From Eutreptiella sp. 'Long Island Sound 2002' (lineage: Eukaryota; Protista; Euglenida), in assembly GCA_964036045.1 (NCBI GenBank), contig OZ038379.1, positions 72,664,001-72,728,000 of the forward strand: a stretch of DNA of 64,000 nt, in the 5' to 3' direction. A program made the translations under genes and the position numbers. The notes under the pieces are model-generated. The model ran no database searches, was not told the origin of the DNA, and worked only from the letters and a program-made list of their open reading frames with translations. Positions 1 through 12,200 of this stretch are shown in pieces. Position 1 is the stretch's first letter. Every line of letters begins with the position of its first letter.

Positions 1-3000
1 TCGCCCTGCGTGGTGCGTCGCGCCTCGTCCAGTCCAGTCGCTCTCGGTGCTCTTATCGGCACTCTTGTTACCGTGGTGCCCTGCCCTACCTGGTCTTTAG
101 CCCCTGGACTCCCTGGACAGCTGCGCGGGGCACGTGGAGGCCGGCCAAGAGCCAGGCTCTTGGTGCCTTGCGCTGGCTCCTGCCGAGGCAGGAGCGCTGA
201 GGTCGCTCCGCGTCGTACCCGCCCGGGGCCTGGCGATAGGGGTATCCCTGCGCTGCGTGCGCTGCGGTTGTTTGGCGTGTGTCAACCCAGTCACTCACGC
301 AACCGCTTTCCTGTACCCTCCGTCTTTCGACAGGGGCCTAGGCTGGTGAACCGGGGCTGTTTCGTGTGGACACCGACACCTCCCCTTTTCAGGTAAGAGG
401 ACGCCTGACCCGGGTCCCGTGCGGGTGTGCGTGTGTGCGCTCTCCTTTGCTGGGTCGGGCGGGCAAGCCTCTCGGGTCCCTTTTGGTGCTCCTCACGTTT
501 TCTTTGGCTCTTTTGTCCTTCCTTTTTCCTCGGTCCCCTCCGGGCTGGGGTTGCCTTTTTCTGGTCCTTTTGTTTGCGTTCTTTTTTTCCATTGCTTTTT
601 TTCCTTTCGCTCGTGGCTTCCCGTTGCTCGCGCCCCCGCTGTCTTCAACTTTCTGTGGTTTCCGGCCCCCATGCCCTTGGCCTTGGCGCTCCGCGTTTTC
701 TTCTGCCTCCACCCTGCCCACACCCCCCCGCCTTCGTTTGCCTTTTTGCCCCCGTTGTCTCTGGCTTTCTGTGGTTTCTGGCCTCGGTTGTCCTCGGCTT
801 TGGCGCTCGGCGGTTCCCCCCCATCCCTGTTCTTGTTTCTTCCCTGGCTTCCTGTTGGTTGTGGCCCGGGCTTTGGCTCCTTTGGTTTGTCGTTTGTCTC
901 CACCCGGTGCCCCCCGTTTTTCTTGCTGTTTGCCGCTTTTTGCTCCTCCCTGCCCTCCCCCCCCCCCTTGGTGTTTGATTTGTGGGTCTCCTCACCCCGT
1001 TGCTCGGCTATCCTTCCTCTCCCGCTGGTTTTGCGTTTCCTGCCTGCCCTTTGGCTGCTCCCTTGACGTTGCTGCCTCCCCCTCTCCTCTGCCGTGTTCC
1101 GCGGCTGTCGCCCTCCTGCCGCTCGGATTTCCATGTTCTTCCTCCGCCTTTTTGCTCCTGCCTGCTCGCTTGTGCGCTCGTTGGCCGATTTTCCCGCCTA
1201 CTGCTCCCCCTGATGTGTGCGCTGTGCCTTGTGCTGTCTGGTGTTGCCGTGCGGCACCTGCTTTCTCTCTGGTGTTTTGCGTTGCCGTCTTGCTGTGTTC
1301 TACGCTGCCTGTTGTGCTGTGGTGTACCACCTTGTATTGTTGTGGACTGCTACGCGCTGTGCGGTGTTCTTTGGGGTGGCTTCTTGTGTGTTGTGCCGTG
1401 CTGTGCCCTGCTGTTGGTTGCGGTTCTGCGTTGTGCCGCGTCTTTGGTCGTGGTGTCCCGCTACGTTGTTCACTTTGTGGTTTGCTCTCTCGTCTTGGTC
1501 TGCGGTGCCGTGTGCTGCGCTCTGTCCCTCGTTGCTGTGCTGCGCTGCGTTGCTTAGCGTCGTTAGGCGCGGTGTTGTGCTGTTGTGCGCTTGGTTGTAA
1601 TGTCGCGTCTGTTTGATTCCGCTGCTTCCTGTGTCATGTTCATGGGTACTGTGCGTCGCTCTGGGGTGTTGTGCCTTGCAGCGCTTCGTTTTGTCATGTT
1701 TCTCTGCGCTTTGTGCTCTGCGCTGTGTGTGTTTTGCCGTGGTTTGTTGGTACATGCTGTTGTTTGCCGCTTTGCTTTGTGCTGTTTTAGCCCTGGGGTC
1801 TTGTCCTGTGTGTTCCCTGTCTTCTCTGGTCTGTGCGGTGCTCCGCTGCGCTGGGCTGGTCGGCTTGCGGCCTGCTGTCGTTTTGTCTGTGCTTTTTCTG
1901 GTGCCTGGTGCTGTGGTGGGATGCTGTATGTTGTGCTGTTTCCTTTGGTGTTCTGTGGTGCGGTTTTGCGAGCGCTGTTTGGTGTGTGTTGTTCTGTGCT
2001 GCTGCGCGCTGCGCCGTGTTGTCCTGCATCCTGTGGTCTTGCACTGCGGCCATTGGCGTGAGTGCCCCTGTGTGGCGCGTGGCTGGCTGCCCCGTTGTGT
2101 GGTGCGGGTTGCTCTTTGGCCCTGCTGCCCTGTGCTGTTACTCGTGTTGGTGTGCTTCCGTGTGGTGCTGTGCTGTCCTGTCCTGCTGCCTTGCTTGCTG
2201 TGTTGCCTGTGTTTGTTTGCTTCCTTCTCCTTTGAAAAACCACTACAAAATCCGTTAAAATATATTTCGTCTTTTGAAAATGAAATAAAATTATACACTA
2301 CCCAACGCACGCACGCAGGCAGGCAGCAAGATCATTTCTGCATCGCCCTCCTACTACCCCGCAACCACAATGGTGGCGTTGTTGTTGATGGTGTTGCCTG
2401 TGCAAGGGGTTGACCGCTTTTCCCTCAAGGGCCACTCGCCTAAGCCGAGGGATAGGGAGAAAGGTGGAACAAGGGAGAGAGGGGAGGTTCATGGAGATAG
2501 AAAAGAGCAAGAAGGAGCGTGTGTGATTCAGGCACGCGGCGACGACTTAGAAAACAGTTTTTTTAGTTTTATGCGCTCCTTACGACGGCTTTATCTTTCC
2601 GTTCGCGCAACCTTCCCGGCCCGGAATATCTGAGGTCATCCTGTGGGCAATTCTGGTCAATCCTAGTTATGGCCTCACTTGTGGACCCCACCTATCCGAG
2701 ATCCAGGGGGGTTTGGTCAATGCCCAAAAAGGTATATTGGACACATAGGACGTGACTCTAAATTTGGGGCATACTGCAGTCCAAATCGGACATGTGCCAT
2801 ATTTGCCTCAACCATGAGTGTGCGCATTTCCGGCTAATTTGCGGCATTTCTTATATTTTTCAGCCCCCGGTGCACGACGGATGCATGGACCAAAGGACTA
2901 TCCATGGTTGATCTTATGCATATTGGTCCCCACCGCTCATATGCCACGTGGACAGACAAGCGCACCTGCTCGCGAGAAGTCTAGCCCACGCTGAGCTTGG

Positions 3001-3031
3001 GGAATTTTGTTATTTTGGTACTTCGCGGGTC
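1..3031 (-). repeat. Composite dispersed repeat, copy A (core - T-rich linker - TG-rich block - purine-rich head - 400-bp module); truncated by the window edge
   Basis: Core 37-420 recurs at ~12350-12720, ~50300-50600 and ~59970-60400. Head 2330-2620 recurs at 26396-26680 and 62340-62640. Module 2627-3031 recurs at 26935-27352. The + strand is almost A-free in the body. The strand assignment is inferred. Confidence 0.75.
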
Positions 3032-3032
3032 A

Positions 3033-3600
3033 GGTAGGTGGGTAGGTATCTTTGGGAGGTCGGGATGCCTTCTATGAAAATGCAGGAGAAAGGTCTTACC
3101 AAGGGGACGTCCTGTCCCTTTCACTGCCCTAGTTCAGGTGCCTCTTAAGCCGCTCCCGCAGATGCTTGGGAAGGCAGTGTTGCGGCTCCCCGGTCCAGGT
3201 GTTCCAGGTGGGAGGGTGTCCCCATATCTCCATGGGTAGGGCCACATGCCCCCTCCTTCTGGCGGCAGCCCTGGGGTCTGCCCAGCCGTGTGGAGTATCT
3301 CTCACCACAAGGGGTATTGCTCCCGCTAGTCTACGGTACGACCGCCTCACCCTTCTGGCTTGAGTTGCGGGGCCTCTCTGCTTGGCAGGCGACCCCATGC
3401 TGGACTTTGTACCGGCTCGCCTGTCACCGGTTGCTTCCATGGCTCAGGGTGACGTTTGCCATGGTCCCCCGTGCAGCCTGGCCTGGCTCGGACCAGTGAC
3501 CTTCGAGTACCGCCCCTGCTGCTGCCCGAGTGGCTCGGCTGGGTTGCCCCAGTGCGCCCGACCCATGAGGTGTGGGTTTTTTCCCGTCCCTCGGCCGCCC
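3033..3600 (-). mobile_element. 3' end of a non-LTR retroelement with a (TACC)n tail
   Basis: (GGTA)n at 3033-3048. The adjacent ~71 bp match the TSD-flanked insertion at 60848-60920 (about 9 mismatches by eye). A residual ORF lies at 3129-3440 (-). Confidence 0.65.
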
Positions 3601-6600
3601 TACGTGTGCACGTGTGTGCGGTGTCCTGGGCAACTTGGCACAGGTTCACGGACGTGCCTGCTTGGTGCGTTGTGTTGCGTGTGCGGTGTCCTGGGCCACT
3701 TGGCTCCTGTTCGGCGGTGTGCTCGCTCGCCGCGTTACATTGCCTGTGCGTTTTCCTGGGCCACTTGGCGCCTGTTCAGCAGTTTTCCCGCTCGGTGTGT
3801 TGTGTTGCGCATGCGTTGTCATGGGCCACTTGGCTCCCGTTCACCGGTGTTCCCGCTCGGTGCGTTACGTTGCGTGTGCGTTGTCCTGGGCCACTTGGCT
3901 CCTTTTCACCGGTGTGTCCGCTCTGTGTGTTGTGTTGCGTGTGCGGTGTCCTGGGCCACCTGGCTGCTGTTCACCGGTGTGACTGCTCTTCTAATCTGTT
4001 GCACGTGCAGTGTCCAGGGCCACCTGGCTCCTGTTCACAGGTTTGCCTGCTTCGTGTGTTGTGTTGTATGTGCGGTGTCCTGGGCCACTTGGCTCCTCTT
4101 CACCGTTTTGCCCGCTCAGTCCGTTGCTTTGCTTGTGCGGTGTCCTGGGCCATGTGGCTCCCGTCCACCGGTGTGCCCGCTCGATGGCCTGTGTTGCGTG
4201 TGTGGTGTCCCCGGCCACTTGGCTCCTGTACACCGGTGTGCCTGTTTGGTGTGTTGTGTTGCGTGTACGGTCCCCTGAGCCACTTGGCTCCTGTTCACCG
4301 GTGTGCCAGCGCGGTGTGTTGTGTCGCGTGTGTGGTGTCCGAGGCCACTTGGCTCCTGTTCAATGGTGTGCCCGCTCGGTGCGTTGCATTGTTTGTGTGG
4401 TGTCCTGGGCCACTCGGCTCCCTTCCACCCCGCTCTGTGTGTTGTGTTGCGCATGCTGTGTCCAGGGCCACTTGGCTCCTGTTCACCAGTGTGCCTGCTC
4501 GATGTGTTGTGTTGCGTGTGCGGTGTCCTGGGCCAGTTTGCTGCTGTTCAGCGGTGTGCCCGTTCGGTGTGTTGTGCTGCGTGTGCGGTGTCTTGGGCCA
4601 CTTGGCTCCCGTTCAACCGTGTGCCCGTTCGGTATGTTGTGTTGCGTGTGCGGTGTCCTGGGCCACTTGGCTCCGGTTCATCAGTGTGCCTGCTCCGCGT
4701 GTTGTGTTGTGTGTGCGATATCCTGGGCCACTTGGCTCCTGTTCACCGTTGTGCCTGCTCGGTGTGTTGTGTTGCGTGTGCTATGACATGAGCCACTTGG
4801 CTACTTCTCACCCGTGTGCCCGCTCTGTCCGTTGCTTTGGTTGTGCTGTGTCCTGGACCAGTTGGCTCCTGTTCACCGGTGTGCCCGCTCGGTGTGTTGT
4901 GTTGCGTGTGCGGTGTACTGGGCCATTTGGCTCCCGTTCACTGATGTGCCCGGTCGGTGTGTTGTGTTGAGTGTGCGGTGTCCTGGGTCACTTGGCTCCT
5001 GGTCACCGGTGTGCCCCCTCTGTGTGTTGTGTTGTGTGTGCGGTGTCCTGGGCCACTTGGCTCCTGTTCACCGTTGTGCCTGCTCGCTGTGTTGTGTTGC
5101 GTGTGCTATGTCCTGAGCCACTCGGCTCCTTCTCATCGGTGTGCCTGCTCTGTCCGTTGCTTTGGTTGTGCGGTGTCCTGGGCCACTTGGCTCCTGTTCA
5201 CCGGCGTGCCCGCTCGGTGTGTTGGGTTGCTTGTGCGGTGTCCTGGGCCACTCTGCTGCTGTTCACTGTTGTGCCAGCTTGGTATGTTGTGTTGCACGTG
5301 CGGTGTCCTGGGCCACTTAGCTCTCGTTCACCGGTGTTCCTCCTCGGTGTGTTGTGTTGCGTGTGCGGAGTCCTGGGCCACTTGGCTCCTTGTCATCGGT
5401 GTGCCTGCTCTGTCCGTTGCCTTGGTTGTGCGGTGTCCTGGGCCACTTGGCTCCTGCTCACCGGCGTGCCCGCTCGGTGTGTTGGGTTGCTTATGCCGTG
5501 TCCTGGGCCACACCGCCGCTGTTTACTGTTGTGCCAGCTTGGTATGTTGTGTTGCACGTGCGGTTACCAGGGCCGCTTGGCTGCTGTTCACTGGTGTGCC
5601 TGCTCGGTGTGTGGTGTTGCGTGTGCCGTGTCTCATTGGTGTGCCCGCCCTGTCCGTTGCTTTGCTTGTGCCGTGTCCTGGGCCACCTGGCTCCTGTTCA
5701 CTGCTGTGCCCGCTCGGTGGGTTGTGTTGCGTGAGCGGCTTCCTGGGCCACTTGTCTTCTGTTCACCGGTGTGCCTGTTTGGTGTGTTGTGTTGCGTGTG
5801 CGGTGTCCTGGCCCACTTGGCTCCTGTTCACCGGTGTGCCCGCTCGGTGCGTTGCGTTGTTTGTGCTGTGTCCGGGGCCACCCAGCTCCTGTTCACCGGT
5901 GTGCCCGCTCTTCTAATTCGTTGCACGTGCGGTGTCCAGGGCCACCTGGCTCCTGTTCACGGGTGTGCCCGCTCGCTGGGCTGTGTTGCCTGTACGGTGT
6001 CCTGGGCCACCTGGCTCCTGTTCACCGCTGTGCCCGCGCGGTGTGTGGTGTCGCGTGTGCGGTGTCCTGGGCCAGTCGGCTCCTGTTCACCGGTGTGCCC
6101 GCTCGGTGCGTTGCGTTGTTTGTGCGGTGTCCTGGGCCACCTAGCTCCTGTTCACCGGTGTGCCCGCTCTTCTAATTTGTTGCACGTGCGGTGTCCCCGG
6201 CCACTTGGCTGCTGTTCACCGGTGTGCCTGCTCGGTGTGTTGTGTTGCGTGTGTTGTGTCCTGGGCCACTTGGCTCCTGTTCACCGTTGCGCCCGCTCCG
6301 TCCGTTGCTTTGCTTGTGCGGTGTCCTCGGCCACCTGGCTCCTGATCGCCGGTGTGCCTGCTCGGTGGGCTGTGTTGCGTGTGCGGTGTCCTGGGCCACT
6401 TGTCTCCTGTTCACCGGTGTGCCCCTTTGGTGTGTTGTGTTGCGTGTACGGTGTCCTGGGCCACTTGGCTCCTGTTCACCGGTGTGCCCGCGCGGTGTGT
6501 TGTGCCGCGTGTGCGGTGTCCTGGGCCACTTGGTTCCTGTTCACCGGTGTGCCCGCTCGGTGCGTTGCATTGTTTGTGCGGTTTCCTGGGCCACCTAGCT

Positions 6601-9600
6601 CCTGTTCACCGGTGTGCCCGCTCTTTTGTTTTGCTGCACGAACCGTGTCCAGGGCCACTTGGCTCTTGTTCACCGGTGTGCCTGCTTGGTGTGTTGTGTT
6701 GCGTGTGCTGGGTCCTCAGCAACTTGGGTCCTGTTAAACGTTGTGCCCCCTCCGTCCGTTGCCTTGCTCGTGCGGTGTCCTGGGCCACCTGGCTCCTGTT
6801 CACCGGTGTGCCTGCTCGGTGGGCTGTGTTGTGTGTGCGGTGTCCACGGCCACTTGTCTCCCGCTCACCGGTGTGCCTGTTTGGTGTGTTGTGTTGCTTG
6901 TACGGTATCCTGGGCCACTTGGCTCCTGTTCATCGGAGTGCCCGCTCTTCTGTTGCGCATGTGGTGTCCAAGGCCACTTTGCTCCCGTTCACCGGTGTGC
7001 CCGCTCAGTGTGTTGTGGTGCGTGTGCGGTGTCCTGGGCCACTTGGCTCCTGTTCACCGCCGTGCCCGTTCGGTGTGTTTTGTTGCGTGTGCGGTGTCCT
7101 GGGCCACGTAGCTCCTGTTCACCGGTCTGCTCACACTTCTGTATTGTTGCACGTGCAGTGTCCAGGGCTGCTTGGCTCCTGTTCACCGGTGTGCCTGCTC
7201 GGTGTGTGGTGCTGCGTGTGCCGTGTCCTCGGCCACTTGGCTCTCGTTCACCAGTGTGCCTGTTTGGTGTGTTGTGTTGCGTGTACGGTGTCCCCGGCCA
7301 CTTGGCTCCTGTTCACCGGTGTGCCCGAGCGGTGTGTTTTGTCTGGTGTGCGGTGTCCTGGGACACTTGGCTCCAGTTCACCGATGTGCCCGCTCGGTGC
7401 GTTGCGTTCCTTGTGCGGTGTCCTTGGCCACCTAGCTTCTGTTCACCGGTGTGCCCGCTCTTCTAATTTGTTGCATGTGCCGTGTCCAGGGCCACTTGGC
7501 TCCTGTTCACCGGTGTGCCTGCTCGGTGTGTTGTGTTGCGTGTGCCGTGTCCTTTGCCACTTGGCTCCTGTTCACCGTTGTGCCCGCTCCGTCCGTTGCT
7601 TTGCTTGTGCGGTGTCCTGGGCCACCTGGGTCCTGTTCACCGGTGTGCCCGCTCAGTAAGCTGTGATGCGTGTGCGGTGTCCTGGGCCACTTGTCTCCTG
7701 TTCACCAGTGTGCCTGCTCGGTGTGTTGTGTTGCGTGTGCCGTGTCCTGGGCCACTTGGTCCCTGTTCATCGTTGTGCCCGCTCGGTCCGTTGCTTTGCT
7801 TGTGCGGTGTCCTGGGCCACCTGGGTCCTGTTCACCGGTGTGCCCGCTCGGTGGGCTGTGATGCGTGTGCGGTGTCCTGGGACACTTGTCTCCTGTTCAC
7901 CGGTGTGCCTGTTTGGTGTGTTGTGTTGCGTGTACGGTGTCCTGGGCAACTTGGCTCCTGTTCACCGGTGTGTCCGCGCAGTGTGTTGTGTCGCGTGTGC
8001 GGTGTCCTTGGCCATTTGGCTCCTGTTCACGAGCGTGACCACTTGGTGCGTTGCGTTCTTTGTGTTGTGTCCTGGGCCACCTGGTTCCTGTTCACCGGTG
8101 AGCCCGCTCTTCTAGTTTGTTGCACGTGCCGTGTCCAGGGCCACTTGGCTCCCGTTCACCGGTGTGCCTGGTTGGTGTGTTGTGTTGCATGTGCGATGTT
8201 CTCGGCAACTTGGCTCCTGTTCACCGCCGTGCCCGTTCGGTGTGTTGTGTTGCGTGTGCGGTGTCCTGGGCCACTTTTCCCCCGTTCACCGGTGCGCTTG
8301 TTTGGTGTGTTCTGTTGCGTGTACGGTGTCCTGGGCCACTTGGCTCCTGTTTACCGTTGTGCCCGCTCGGTGCGTTGTGTTGTTTGTGCGGTGTCCTGAG
8401 CCACCTAGCTCCTGTTCACCAGAGTGCCCGCTCTTCTGTTGCGCATGTGCTGTCCAAGGCCAATTGGCTCCCGTTGACCGGTGTGCCCGCTCAGTGTGTT
8501 GTGGTGCGTGTGCGGTGTCCTGGGCCACTTGGCTCCTGTTCTCCGCCGTGCTCCTTCGGTGTGTTGTGTTGCGTGTGCGGTGTGCTGGGCCACTTGGCTC
8601 CTGTTCACTGGTGTGCCCGCTCGGTGCGTTGCGTTGTTTGTGCGGTGTCCTGGGCCATCTAGCTCCTGTTCACCGGACTGCCCGCTCTTCTGTTGCGCAT
8701 GTGGTGTCCAAGGCCACTTGGCTCCCGTTCACCGGTGTGCCCGCTCAGTGTGTCGTGGTGCGTGTGCGATGTCCTGGGCCACTTGGCTCCTGTTCACCGC
8801 CGTGCTCATTCGGTGTGTTGTGTTGCGTGTGCGGTGTCCTGGGCCACGTAGCTCCTGTTCACCGGTCTGCTCACACTTCTGTATTGTTGCACGTGCAGTG
8901 TCCAGGGCTGTTTGGCTCCTGTTCACCGGTGTACCTGCTCGGTGTGTGGTGTTGCGTGTGCCGTGTCCTCGGCCACTTGGCTCCTGTTCACCAGTGTGCC
9001 TGTTTGGTGTGTTGTGTTGCGTGTACGGTGTCCTGGGCCACTTGGCTCCTGTTCACCGGTGTGCCCGCACGGTGTGTTTTGTCGGGTGTGCGGTGTCCTG
9101 GGACACTTGGCTCCAGTTCACCACTGTGCCCGCTCGGTGCGTTGCGTTCTTTGTGCGGTGTCCTGGGCCACCTAGCTTCTGTTCACCGCTGTGCCCGCTC
9201 TTCTAATTTGTTGCACGTGCCGTGTCCAGGGCCACTTGGCTCCTGTTCACCGGTGTGCCTGCTCGGTGTGTTGTGTTGTGTGTGCGGTGTCCTGGGCCAC
9301 TTGGCTCCTGTTCACCGTTGTGCCTGCTCCGTCCGTTGCTTTGCTTGTGCGGTGTCCGGGGCCACCTGGGTCCTGTTCACCGGTGTGCCTGCTCGGTGGG
9401 CTATGATGCGTGTGCGGTGTCCTGGGCCACTTGTCTCCTGTTCACCGGTGTGCCTGCTCGGTGTGTTGTAATGCTTGTGCCGTGTCCTGGGCCACTTGCC
9501 TCCTGTTCACCGTTGTGCCCGCTCCGTCCGTTGCTTTGCTTGTGCGGTGTCCTGGGCCACCTGGGTCCTGTTCACCGGTGTGCCCGCTTGGTGGGCTGTG

Positions 9601-9870
9601 ATGCGTGTGCGGTGTCCTGGGCCACTTGTCTCCTGTTCACCGGTGTGCCTGTTTGGTGTGTTGTGTTGCGTGTACGGTGTCCTGGGCCACTTGGCTCCTG
9701 TTCACCGGTGTGTCCGCGCGGTGTGTTGTGTCGCGTGTGCGTTGTCCTGGGACACTTGGCTCCTGTTCACGAGCGTGACCACTCGGTGCGTAGCGTATTT
9801 TGTGTTGTGTCCTGGGCCACCTAGCTCCTGTTCACCGGTGAGCCCGCTCTTCTAGTTTGTTGCACGTGCT
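3600..9870. repeat. Tandem array of a degenerate ~65-bp unit (~95 copies)
   Basis: Unit GTGTGCGGTGTCCTGGGCCACTTGGCTCCTGTTCACCGGTGTGCCCGCTCGGTGTGTTGTGTTGC. CCTGTTCACC ends at 6480, 6545 and 6610 (period 65). Variant units recur in longer blocks. Confidence 0.95.
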
Positions 9871-9899
9871 GGGTGTGGGTCAAACGCACTGCATCCACG

Positions 9900-11360
9900 G
9901 TGGCTCATAGACCGTCCGGTTGCTCAGAGTTGTTTCTTGTTGGGCCGTGTTGTAGTAGGGGAGTCTCACGAGGATTGACTGACAGTTGTAGCAAACCTTG
10001 GTTGCACAAAGTACGTCGGCTTCGAGGTCCACTGGGACGTTCTTTGAGGCGAAGGGTTGTTGACTGGTTGGCGGCGTAGAGGACTCAGAAATTGGACTAA
10101 GGCAGCTGCGCCCAGTACAATTCCGTGGTGCCGCAAAAAAACCCCAAGGGAGGCTTCGGTGTGGTAAAACGGGTCCAGATGATGTCCCGAATATTTGACC
10201 TAGTCAGCAGCTTTTTGTCCCTCCGAGACTTGTTTCGTGAGCCACGCGTAGACACGGTTCTTGTAGGACATTGGAGTACTTGGGCCCGTGCGCTTTCTGC
10301 GTTCTGAGTGGCATTCAGTTTTCAATTGCCTGCGTTGCAGTGGTTCACTTGAGAACTCTGTGATCAATTGGACCTCACGCTGTGCGTACTGCTGAATCTG
10401 CTTGCGGCTTGCTGATTCCATGCGTTGTGTGAGCTGCAAGTACGCCGCAAAGGCATGGGGGAGTGCACTCACGGCAATTGCGTGCCATGCCTCGGTTTGC
10501 TTCATGTGAGTGTGGTGCAACTCAGTTGCTATCCGGCTAATGAGTTCGTCGCGAATAACCGAAGACCGTGCGGTTGCCATTAAGAGCAGGAATTCTTCTT
10601 CAGCGAGTTTTGGGAGCTGAACGGCTGTAGCGGCAAATGTCACGTCGGCTGTAATCGTAGTTCTTTCAGGAAGAGCGTCAACTGCATGCAACTGTTTCCC
10701 GTCTCGGCCGGCGCAGCCATTATAGTCCGTGAGTACCGAGAACCAGCCCAATGAAGACTCAACTTGTGACTCAACGTATTGCGGTTCTTCGTGACGGCTT
10801 GAGGTGACATCCGGAGAGCTGGATGAGGGGCGAAAGACCTGAAAGGCGTCCACAAGATGTGAAGGATGAGGCAACTCTGCGGCGGCAGTAGGCTTATCGT
10901 GGAAACAATCAGCGTCGTAGGGCGCCCATGATCTGTTTCCATTGTGCGAAGACCGCGGTGGCGCTGACAAATCGGCGTTCTGTGGTCGTTCTGGAGGCAC
11001 CAAATGGCTAGTCGTTGAACTCGCTTGCCTGTGTTCCTGTTGCGGCGGGTTGGTGGAGCCACTGCGCTGAGGGGAGAACGTGTGCCTGGGATATTCATAT
11101 TGCGGGGTAGACAAGCCGGTGTAGCTTGGTTGATCTGGCGGGGTCCAAAAGTTGCTCGCTGAAGTCACATGTCTGTGCTCCTGTTGCAGCGGGTTGACAG
11201 AGGCATGGTGCTAAGGAGAGAGAGCGTGTCTGGGATATTCAAAATGCGGGGCAAAGTAGGGGCCTGGCCAATTGGCCTGCGGTTCTGGCCAATTTGACGA
11301 TCGCTGCAGACGGCAGCGTCTTGACTTGCGAAGGGGGCACTGCGAAGAAGGGGGATTTGA
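9900..11360 (-). pseudogene. Decayed ORF inserted in the satellite; possibly gag-like (322-aa open part at 10200-11168)
   Basis: Normal-complexity coding sequence between two blocks of the same satellite. The frame continues past single TAG stops at both ends. It has a Pro/Ser-rich N-terminus with a ~140-bp internal duplication (EYPRH..QQEHR twice), a helical core, and a CYNC motif near 9985 in a shifted frame. Confidence 0.4.
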
Positions 11361-11459
11361 ATGGCTCCAGATCGCTGGGGCGCTTGTATCAGGGCCCGCG
11401 GGGCATCTGCTGTTGATTTAATTCACATACTTGTGGGTGTGCGGGGGACTCGAATGATG

Positions 11460-11900
11460 CTTTGTGTTGCGTGTGTTGGGTTCTGTGTGCGGTGTCCTAT
11501 GCCACCGGGCTCCTTCTCACTGGTCTGCCCGCTCTGTCCGTTGCTTTGGTTGTGCAGTGTCCTGGGCCACTTGGCTCCTGTTCACCGGCGTGCCCGCTCA
11601 GTGTGTTGGGTTGCTTGTGCAGTGTCCTGGGCCACTTGGCTCCTGCTCACCGGTGTGCCCGCTTGGTGTGTTGTGTTGCACGGGCGGTGTCCTGGGCCAC
11701 TTGGCTCCTGTTCACCGGTGTGCTTGTTTGGTGCGTTGTGTTGAGTGTGTGGCGTCTTTGGCCACTTGGCTCCTGTTCACCGGTGTGCACGCTTGGTGTG
11801 TTGTGCTGTCTGTGCGGTGTCCTGGGCCACTTGGCTCCTGTTCACCAGTGTGCTCGCTCGGTGTGTTGTGCTGTGTGTTGCGTGTGCGGTGTTGCGTGTG
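11460..11900. repeat. Second block of the 65-bp satellite
   Basis: Same unit as 3600-9870. Confidence 0.9.
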
Positions 11901-11904
11901 CGGA

Positions 11905-12200
11905 GCGTAGCTGCGGGGCGCGCACCCGTCCATCCAGAAGGCGACTGTTCGTGGCCGGCATGGGCTGGGTACCCTCCGGGCCCGCACTCGTTCATCCAGA
12001 GGGCGGCTGTTACGTTACAGGCAGGAGCTGGGTACGCTGCCGGGCGCGCACTCGTTCATCCGGACGGCGGCTGTTCTTAGCCGGGAGGTGCCTGGTACCC
12101 TCCGGGCGCGCACTCGTTGATCCAAACAGCGGCTGTTCTGTAGCCAGCAGGGGCTGGGTTCGCTTCCCGGCGCGCACACGTCCATCCGGGCGGCGGCTGG
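11905..12200. repeat. ~63-bp minisatellite, ~5 copies
   Basis: GCGCAC(C/T)CGT(C/T)CATCC..GGCGGCTGTTC at ~11920, 11981, 12046, 12109 and 12173. Confidence 0.85.

Noticed and set aside
3382-9855. Many long Cys/Val/Leu-rich ORFs (e.g. 504, 588 and 446 aa)
   Set aside because: They are translations of the A-poor 65-bp satellite, which has few stop codons; all three frames are open.
3600-9870. CRISPR-like periodicity
   Set aside because: Head-to-tail degenerate monomers with no unique spacers, no cas genes, and a eukaryotic context.
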